Source: an uncultured archaeon (GTDB lineage: Archaea; Asgardarchaeota; Lokiarchaeia; Sigyniarchaeales; SOKP01). Taken from it: a stretch of DNA of 45,740 nucleotides. Location of the stretch: positions 1-45,740 of the forward strand of contig CAYLZE010000034.1 in NCBI GenBank assembly GCA_964388035.1. Direction: 5' to 3'. The notes below the pieces were generated by a model. That model was not told the DNA's origin. It searched no databases and saw only the letters and a list, made by a program, of their open reading frames with translations. How positions within the stretch are numbered: position 1 is the first letter of the stretch; each line of letters starts with the position of its first letter. The position numbers and the translations under genes were made by a program. Shown in pieces: positions 39,039 to 45,740 of the stretch.

Positions 39039-40151
39039 TCACCTCCCTTTCAAGATTAATGGAATTTTCCCTTCCATGAGCATTTGATCCATTAATACTA
39101 ATGCTGCCATGGCTTCAATTACCACCACCACCCTCGGAACAATACAAGGGTCATGACGTCCTGAAAATTCTACCTCCACTTCTTTCATTTTCGCCGTATC
39201 CACCGTTTTTTGTGGAATCCCGATCGTAGCGGTGGGTTTAATCGCAATAGAAAATTCAATGGGCATTCCCGTAGAAATTCCACCTATTATCCCACCCGCA
39301 TCATTTTTTGAGGTTACTATCTTTCCCTTTCGGATAATCCAAGGATCATTATGTTGAGACCCACGCATGGTGGCGGCTTTAAAGCCCGCACCAAATTCCA
39401 CTCCTTTTACAGCCGGAATGGAAAACATTGCTTTGCTGATATTAGATTCAAGACTATTGAAGACAGGACCTCCTATTCCGGGAGGTATATTGTTGATCAT
39501 GCATTTTATAACACCCCCGATAGAATCCTTCTCTTTTTGAACTTGTAGGATTAACTCTACCATCATTTTGGATTTGGATGGGTCAAGAGTTCTCACTGGA
39601 GATAGTTCCCGCTTTTCAATCATTTCTATTAAATTGGTGATTTGATATGAAGCTTCATCGTTCACATTCCCAATACACTTCGTATAGGCAAAAAAAGTGA
39701 TTCCCAATTTTTCTAAGACTTGTTTAGCAAGAGCCCCCGCCATTACGAATCCTGCAGTAGTTCTGCCAGAAAACCTCCCCGATCCTCTATAATCTGCATA
39801 GCCTCCATATCTTTTCCAAGCAGTAAAATCCACTTGAGAAGGACGCAATTGCGTTTTAAATTGTTCATACGCGGACGAATCTTTATCCTTGTTTTTGATG
39901 ATGAGACAGATGGGAGCTCCCGTAGTTATACCGTTAAAGGTACCAGAAAGCAGGAGGGGCTCGTCAAGTTCAGACCTGGCAGTCACCAATTGAGATTGAC
40001 CCGGTCTTCTGTATTTGAGCTCCTTACGTATGTGCTCCATATCAATTTTTAATCCGGCGGGCATCCCATCAATGACTATTCCTATTACGTCGCCGTGACT
40101 TTCTCCAAACGAAGTTATTTTTAACACATTTCCAATAACATTATTCCCCAA
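39039..40151 (-). CDS. aroC: Chorismate synthase
   Basis: FGESHG, RRPGQ, SGRFSGR, IPAVKGVEFG, GGISTG, KPT and GRHDPC. Confidence 0.96.
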   Translation of the reverse strand: MGNNVIGNVLKITSFGESHGDVIGIVIDGMPAGLKIDMEHIRKELKYRRPGQSQLVTARSELDEPLLLSGTFNGITTGAPICLIIKNKDKDSSAYEQFKTQLRPSQVDFTAWKRYGGYADYRGSGRFSGRTTAGFVMAGALAKQVLEKLGITFFAYTKCIGNVNDEASYQITNLIEMIEKRELSPVRTLDPSKSKMMVELILQVQKEKDSIGGVIKCMINNIPPGIGGPVFNSLESNISKAMFSIPAVKGVEFGAGFKAATMRGSQHNDPWIIRKGKIVTSKNDAGGIIGGISTGMPIEFSIAIKPTATIGIPQKTVDTAKMKEVEVEFSGRHDPCIVPRVVVVIEAMAALVLMDQMLMEGKIPLILKGR

Positions 40152-40271
40152 TTCAAATCACGCATCCTCTATTCTTTATCTTTACTGTAATGTGGTCTTC
40201 ATGATTAATATTTTATTGCTTACAATCTATAAATTATTTAATCTCATATATTCTTTCATGATCAATATTCC

Positions 40272-41594
40272 ATGAACCTAAAAATTGATGGGGGGGTTCA
40301 ATCACTAAGTGGTGAGGTGAGTGCCCCCAGCTCTAAAAGTTATTCTCATCGGGCATTTATTCTTGCCAGCCTTGCTGAAGGACCTTCAAAAATTCATAAT
40401 CCTTTAACTACGGGGGATGTGCAGGTAACCCTCAATATATTAACAGATTTGGGAGTCAACATTTTAAGAATTTCAGAAGATACATATTCTGTAAATAAAC
40501 GCGAGAAATTTCTCAAACAAAGGAGTAATATCTTGGATTGCAAAAATTCGGGTACCTCAATAAGAATTTTCACTGCTTTAAGCTTATTGGTGGAGGGGGG
40601 ATTGACGTTTACGGGGACTTTTCTTTCAAAAAAGCGTCCAATTCTTCCTCTCCTTAATGCTTTAGACGCCTTGGGAGCAGAATATACGCTGAAAGAAAAT
40701 TTCTTACGAATCGCCAGAAAAAAGAAATTGTGTGAACCGATTTCCATTCCTGGAGATATTAGTTCACAATTCATCACGGCTTTATTAATCACTTGTCCCC
40801 TTATCAGTTGTAGAGAATCAGATAATATCACGATAAGGGTAACAACCCCGCTGACATCTTTCCCCTATATAAAAATAACCGAGGAGGTGTTGAATTCCTT
40901 CGGAGGAAGATTTAAAATGGAATTAGAAAAGAACATGACCGGTACTTTTCACATTCCTTTGCAACAAAAACTGAAAGGGCAACAATATTTCGTTCCAGGA
41001 GATTTTTCTTCCGCCGCCTTTTTGATTTGTGCAGCTGTATTGAGCTCTAAAAATGATGTAGTAATTAACAATCTAAACATGAATAGTCCCCAGGGAGATA
41101 AAAAGATAATAGAAATTTTGGTGCAAATGGGAGCAAAAATTAAAATAGAATATCATGAGAATCAAGTTATTATTCAAGGAAATATTGAAAATTATCCCTT
41201 GGAAGGGATCGAAATTGATTGCAAGGACATACCCGATTTATTTCCCATTTTATCCGTTATGGGTGCTTGTGCAAAAGGTACTACTACATTATATAACGCA
41301 TCCAGCTTAAGATTGAAAGAATCAGATAGAATTGCTGTCATGGCTAGAGAATTAAAAAAGATGGGAGTGAATTTAGAAGAAAAGGTAGATAAAATGATTA
41401 TTCATCATTGTCCCCAATTGAAAGGGGCTAATTTTGAACACGAAAACGATCATCGCATCGCAATGGCTTGCATCATTGCTGCATTACATGCCACTTCCAG
41501 CTCGATGATTCAAGATATAGAAATAATTATTGATTCATATCCTTCTTTTATAGAAGATTTAAAAAAATTAAATGCAAAAATAGAAATGGTTTGA
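40272..41594 (+). CDS. aroA: 3-phosphoshikimate 1-carboxyvinyltransferase (EPSP synthase)
   Basis: PSSKSYSHRA, NSGTSIR, SSQFITALL, PGDFSSA, PDLFP, LRLKESDR, DHRIAM and SYPSF. Confidence 0.96.
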   Translation: MNLKIDGGVQSLSGEVSAPSSKSYSHRAFILASLAEGPSKIHNPLTTGDVQVTLNILTDLGVNILRISEDTYSVNKREKFLKQRSNILDCKNSGTSIRIFTALSLLVEGGLTFTGTFLSKKRPILPLLNALDALGAEYTLKENFLRIARKKKLCEPISIPGDISSQFITALLITCPLISCRESDNITIRVTTPLTSFPYIKITEEVLNSFGGRFKMELEKNMTGTFHIPLQQKLKGQQYFVPGDFSSAAFLICAAVLSSKNDVVINNLNMNSPQGDKKIIEILVQMGAKIKIEYHENQVIIQGNIENYPLEGIEIDCKDIPDLFPILSVMGACAKGTTTLYNASSLRLKESDRIAVMARELKKMGVNLEEKVDKMIIHHCPQLKGANFEHENDHRIAMACIIAALHATSSSMIQDIEIIIDSYPSFIEDLKKLNAKIEMV

Positions 41595-41618
41595 CAGATT
41601 TTCCTTCTGCTACGAATC

Positions 41619-42035
41619 TCACCGAAATGACTTTTGTCTTCGTGCGCGCGCTTTCCTGCCTCCGAACTTTTTCGGCTCGGTTCTCCTACTATCCCCCGAT
41701 AAGAGAGTATCTTGATATTCTCTGAATGCATTTTCTATTGCTTTGGTTCCAATGAATTTATTAATAATTCGTGCTAAAGCGATTCTAACAGCATCCGTTT
41801 GCCCCATTCTGCCGCCTCCTTGCACCTCAATGAAAATATCACATTTTTCCAATTTAGGATGAGCCGCAACTTCTAAGACTTCTTGAATTCTCAAACGTGC
41901 TATTTCAGGTTCATAAAGAGTAAGCGGGACATTATTGATCTTGATTTGTCCCCGTGCGGGATGAGTCAATGTAGCTCTTGCTATAGCTGACTTTCGTTTT
42001 CCCGAACTTTGAATCGTTTTTATTTTTTCAGACAT
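41619..42035 (-). CDS. rps9: 30S ribosomal protein S9 (uS9)
   Basis: SGKRKSAIARA, GGGRMGQ and DSRRTEPKKFGGRKARARRQKSFR. Confidence 0.97.
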   Translation of the reverse strand: MSEKIKTIQSSGKRKSAIARATLTHPARGQIKINNVPLTLYEPEIARLRIQEVLEVAAHPKLEKCDIFIEVQGGGRMGQTDAVRIALARIINKFIGTKAIENAFREYQDTLLSGDSRRTEPKKFGGRKARARRQKSFR

Positions 42036-42040
42036 GGATT

Positions 42041-42511
42041 TTAAGCCTCACTTTTTCCTTTATTCCAACCAATTCTTAAACATAAATCCTCTAAAGTGAT
42101 AAATTTATTATAGTAAGATAACCGTTCTTTTCCAGCGTTTGGCAATTCTATGGGAGTTAACTTATCATATCTATTCTTGAATCTCTGGGGGATTTCTCCT
42201 ATATATACGTGCACCCGAGTAAGGGCTTCTTTCCCCCTTAATTTCTTGCGCGGCATCATTTGTTTAATTATCCTTCGCATCAGTGTATCGGGACGCCTTT
42301 TATGAAAGGGGCCTCTTCTAGGATTGGTTGCTGTTCTCACATTCAAACGCGCTAAATAACTCTCATGAATGTTTCTTTTGTTCCCGCTGATGATCGCGTC
42401 TTTAGCGTTAATTACAACTACATGGTAACCAAGCAATGCTTTTTTTGCGACTTGAGTGCACAATCGTCCTAAAATTTTGTTTGTTCCATCTATTACCAGA
42501 TATTCAGGCAT
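42041..42511 (-). CDS. rpl13: 50S ribosomal protein L13 (uL13)
   Basis: IDGTNKILGRL, NPRRGPFH.RRPD and MMPRKKLRG. Confidence 0.97.
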   Translation of the reverse strand: MPEYLVIDGTNKILGRLCTQVAKKALLGYHVVVINAKDAIISGNKRNIHESYLARLNVRTATNPRRGPFHKRRPDTLMRRIIKQMMPRKKLRGKEALTRVHVYIGEIPQRFKNRYDKLTPIELPNAGKERLSYYNKFITLEDLCLRIGWNKGKSEA

Positions 42512-42535
42512 TATATTTCTCCTTTAGACACTTTA

Positions 42536-42892
42536 TCAATAAAATAATTTAACATTACTTCCAGTGGGATTTTGTTCCAATAATTCCTCTATTGAAAGAA
42601 GTTTACTTCCCGAATTATCAATCTTTCTCTTTGCAGAAGCCGAACACGATAAACAAGCAACCGTGATTGGATGATCTAATTCGCCGACTCCTAAAACCTT
42701 GCCAGGAATGACGAGTATGTCACCTTTTGAAGTTTTTTGATTGATCCTATAAAGGTTGGCTTCTATAAAGTTTCTTCTTGGACCACTGAGTTTCTTTGAT
42801 ACGGTTCTCCAAATTCTCCTTCTTGTCTTCCACAAATTACGGATTAATTTTCGAACGTAATAATTTGAAGGACCCGTGATTCGATGGCTCAT
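42536..42892 (-). CDS. rpl18e: 50S ribosomal protein L18e (eL18)
   Basis: GPRRN...NLYRIN, VIPGKVLGVG, SASAKRKI and NPTGSNV. Confidence 0.95.
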   Translation of the reverse strand: MSHRITGPSNYYVRKLIRNLWKTRRRIWRTVSKKLSGPRRNFIEANLYRINQKTSKGDILVIPGKVLGVGELDHPITVACLSCSASAKRKIDNSGSKLLSIEELLEQNPTGSNVKLFY

Positions 42893-42958
42893 TTCACTTT
42901 AACTGCTAGTTATTTATTTTGATCTCTAATATTGGATAAGTTAATAATTTTTTGTTGC

Positions 42959-43804
42959 CTAGGTTTCAATTTGGAGAGTCATTAACTTAGTTTCAAATTC
43001 AGCAATTTTTTCATTAAAAATCTCGAAAGTCTTCTTCAGAAGAACATCAAATGGTAAAACTCCATCACTTTCGATTGAAAAAATATAAGAATTTTCCTTC
43101 CAATTTACCGTTATTGCTTCCTCCGGGCAGTTATCTTTACAAGCGTTGCACAAATTACAAGCCTTCCAATAATCTTTAATTAATTTAGGATTATTTTTCT
43201 CATCAAATTCATACAATTTTTGCGGGCACATTTTTCCTGCTTCACATTTAGTCTGGCATTTTGCACATTTTTTATCATCGATCGTAACCTCGGGCAGAAA
43301 TCTATAAAATATATTCGAGACGGCTTGCCATTTCACGTGATCCTTCGCAGTCCCTAAAATCGCATATGCTTCGAAAATTATGCTATCATTTTTATCTATT
43401 TTAACGATGGGAATGTTGGGGTTAACTGGTACTATTTTTTCATCATTTGATTTTAAATCCCTTGAATATATGACCACGGGACTATTAGTAGTATTAGTAA
43501 ATTCACAAGTCAAAGATACTTGGCAAAGGGGGCATCCATAACCTTCACATTCACATTCATGAGGAAGATTGTATGCTTCCAAGTCCGTGGTTAAAGGCAA
43601 TAATCCTAAACGATGAGCAACAATCTCATCATAAAGAGGCGAATCATTTCGTAAAATAATGACCTCATCAATTGCCATCACCGGGATCTCCGATAAAATA
43701 ATTCTTCTAATGGCATTTGCCATTTCTATCGAAATTCCTTCAACCAGAAAGGTCAAAGTCTGCTGATCTTTTTCTAGAACCTTAATGTTCATGTTCTTAA
43801 CCAT
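42959..43804 (-). CDS. rpoD: DNA-directed RNA polymerase subunit D (Rpo3)
   Basis: ANAIRRIILSEIPVMAID, NDSPLYDEIVAHRLGLLPL, HVKWQ and FSIESDG; Cys-rich Zn and Fe-S motifs. Confidence 0.96.
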   Translation of the reverse strand: MVKNMNIKVLEKDQQTLTFLVEGISIEMANAIRRIILSEIPVMAIDEVIILRNDSPLYDEIVAHRLGLLPLTTDLEAYNLPHECECEGYGCPLCQVSLTCEFTNTTNSPVVIYSRDLKSNDEKIVPVNPNIPIVKIDKNDSIIFEAYAILGTAKDHVKWQAVSNIFYRFLPEVTIDDKKCAKCQTKCEAGKMCPQKLYEFDEKNNPKLIKDYWKACNLCNACKDNCPEEAITVNWKENSYIFSIESDGVLPFDVLLKKTFEIFNEKIAEFETKLMTLQIET

Positions 43805-43898
43805 GTAAAAAGTAAGGAAAGTATTACACTAATAAGGTCTAAAATACTTGATTTTAGAAAAATTTTACCATTCTTCTCTTGAAAGGAAAGAAAAAAAT

Positions 43899-45230
43899 TT
43901 AATAGAATTTTAAATATTCGTAAGCTTTTCCACTGGATGGTTGGAAACAATATTTGACAGATTGAAAGTCCTTTCGAAATTCCGCGACCTCTTTTTTTAC
44001 TTCCAAGGGATTTTTTTTATCAATTATTAATGCTTTGAAGAAGTCTGCAATTTGTTCCATCTCGCTTTTCCCCATACCTAAACGTGTCACTTCACTGGTT
44101 CCGAGTCTAAGCCCACCAGGATTCATGTAATGGCGACCTTCCCGAATATCCCAGGGCAAAAGATTGCGGTTAATGATGATATTAGCTTGTTCGAGCAACT
44201 TTTCTATATCGCCCCCCAGACCAATCGATTTTTGGAAATTGGATACGTCTACTACTATTTGGTGCGATTTAGTAAACCCGAGCTGTTCGCATAATACTTT
44301 AAATCCTCGCTCGCTTAAAGCTTGTCCAAATACTTGGGCATTTTCAATTACATTTTTATGATATTCTTTTCCAAATTCCTGCATTTCTAATAACGCAACC
44401 GCCAATCCTGCAACATTATGAAGATGATGATTAGACATGAGGGCGGGAAATACTGCATTTTTTAAATCTTCAATTAAATCTTCCCGATCAGAGAGTAAAG
44501 CTCCGTGTTGAGGACCGGGCAAAGTCTTATGGGTACTGATCGTCATGGCATCTGCACCTTCTCTCAAAGGATCTTGAAAATATCCCGATCCAATAAGCCC
44601 TGCCACGTGCGCCCCGTCATAACCAATACTCGCCCCAACTTCCTTGGCTACTTCTTTCAATTCCTTAACAGGATGAGGAAAAAGGAACACCGATCCTCCA
44701 AATAAAATGAGCTCAGGTTTAAATTCCCGGATCACCTTAATAGAACCATCTACATCAATATTCATGTTTTCTTCATCAAATGCCAGATACTGTACATCCA
44801 AACCTCTTGCCGTGCCTGCCGTGCCATATATAGCTCGCCCTGATTTAGCAAACTTAGGTGCGTGAGAAATATGACCTCCCTTTGGAATGGGCATGGCACA
44901 CATCCTTCCTCCATTTGCTGAAGTGAATGCATTAAATAAGGCTAAATTCGCTACGACTCCCGATACCGGCCGAACATCCGCATGGATACAATTGAAATAC
45001 TCCTTTGCCAAGTCAATACAAATTTGCTCTACCTCATCAATTTGCTTGCATCCCGCATATACTCTCTGTCCTACCCATCCTTCCGCATATCGATGAGAGA
45101 AATCGCAATTACATGCTTCCCTTACTGCAAGACTCGTGATATTCTCAGATGCGATTAATGGAATGCCATTTTTGAAAGTCTCATGGTGAGCCATTAAACT
45201 GGAGCGTATCTCTTCTAATTTTTTACTCAA
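43899..45230 (-). CDS. glyA: Serine hydroxymethyltransferase (archaeal type)
   Basis: LIASEN, RYAEG, GGHISH, YDGAHV, STHKTLPGPQ (PLP Lys) and GLRLGT. Confidence 0.96.
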   Translation of the reverse strand: MSKKLEEIRSSLMAHHETFKNGIPLIASENITSLAVREACNCDFSHRYAEGWVGQRVYAGCKQIDEVEQICIDLAKEYFNCIHADVRPVSGVVANLALFNAFTSANGGRMCAMPIPKGGHISHAPKFAKSGRAIYGTAGTARGLDVQYLAFDEENMNIDVDGSIKVIREFKPELILFGGSVFLFPHPVKELKEVAKEVGASIGYDGAHVAGLIGSGYFQDPLREGADAMTISTHKTLPGPQHGALLSDREDLIEDLKNAVFPALMSNHHLHNVAGLAVALLEMQEFGKEYHKNVIENAQVFGQALSERGFKVLCEQLGFTKSHQIVVDVSNFQKSIGLGGDIEKLLEQANIIINRNLLPWDIREGRHYMNPGGLRLGTSEVTRLGMGKSEMEQIADFFKALIIDKKNPLEVKKEVAEFRKDFQSVKYCFQPSSGKAYEYLKFY

Positions 45231-45550
45231 TTTAAATCCTTTTACAAATAATTCTTTATGGAATTAGATAAGAAAAATTGACATTAAAATTTAATTTATT
45301 TTATAAGATGAAGGATAATTTTACTTATCATATTATTCTTAAAATTTGAAAATTAGCTAAATGTCTTTTTTGAAATTGTATCGGACTTTTTACTTATTCT
45401 AGAAATCTTTCCCACGTTCGCAACGAATCCAAGGTGCATTATTAATTTCTTCAACTTTTTAAAATTTTGCTAAAATACTTATACGTTTAATCTGTAACCA
45501 ATAAGGGATTCCGACTCCTTTTTGATTTGAACAAAGAGATGCAGAGTTAT

Positions 45551-45739
45551 TTATCCTGCATTTTTTTGGATGAAATCCCAAATGATATCGTTAATTTTAC
45601 TAGCAGCTTCAACATTAAGGCCATGACCTACCCCTTCTATTTTTATTAGTTTTGAATTTGGTATGTGAACATTTAGAAATTCGGAATTTGAAAGAGGGAT
45701 GATTTTATCTTTTGTTCCACAAATAATTAAAGTTGGTTG
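45551..45739 (-). CDS. C-terminal part of an alpha/beta hydrolase (gene starts beyond the window)
   Basis: Manual translation: QPTLIICGTKDKIIP...IPNSKLIKIEGVGHGLNVEAASKINDIIWDFIQKNAG* (catalytic Asp and His motifs). Not in the ORF track. Confidence 0.8.
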   Translation of the reverse strand, partial: QPTLIICGTKDKIIPLSNSEFLNVHIPNSKLIKIEGVGHGLNVEAASKINDIIWDFIQKNAG

Positions 45740-45740
45740 A

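Noticed and set aside
42893-42958. tRNA often found between rpoD and rpl18e in archaea
   Set aside because: The gap is only 66 nt, AT-rich, and has no cloverleaf or T-loop motif.
819-45096. Numerous 60-145 aa ORFs antisense or out of frame within larger genes (e.g. 12961-13302, 18213-18560, 40394-40831, 5418-5606, 9401-9625)
   Set aside because: They are shadows of well-supported genes or span promoter regions, with no recognisable motifs.
45355-45545. Possible small ORF or gene remnant between glyA and the terminal hydrolase
   Set aside because: Only very short frames (about 30 codons or fewer in those checked), with no recognisable motif.

Overview
AT-rich archaeal DNA, most likely an Asgard (Lokiarchaeia-like) genome. 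This assignment is inferred from eL18, an Rpo3 carrying both an RPB3-type Zn motif and a ferredoxin-like domain, archaeal GlyA, archaeal promoters and oligo-T terminators, and paralogous 7TM proteins. The right third is mostly housekeeping: glyA, rpoD-rpl18e-rpl13-rps9, aroA/aroC, Clp1-like kinase, Mut7-C and FmdE. The left half holds a catabolic island (about 4-21 kb) with an MBL alkylsulfatase-like enzyme, a corrinoid protein plus MtaA/UroD-family methyltransferase, an FATP-type acyl-CoA ligase, a complete acetone-carboxylase-like acxABC plus SDR, a large unknown protein, a GPH transporter and a hot-dog protein. Four of its promoters carry the same 12-bp palindrome (TTGRA-CW-TYCAA) exactly 4 nt before a TATA box, which points to one regulon. 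Other highlights are a soluble histidine kinase whose input is a CynA/NrtA/CmpA-type binding domain, and a translationally coupled pair of circularly permuted ATP-grasp ligase and M14 carboxypeptidase. There is also a D-cysteine-desulfhydrase-like enzyme with a Cys/Trp tail and a 7TM pseudogene with two in-frame stops. No rRNA, tRNA, CRISPR array or transposase was recognised. All family calls are from motif recognition only, with no database searches.
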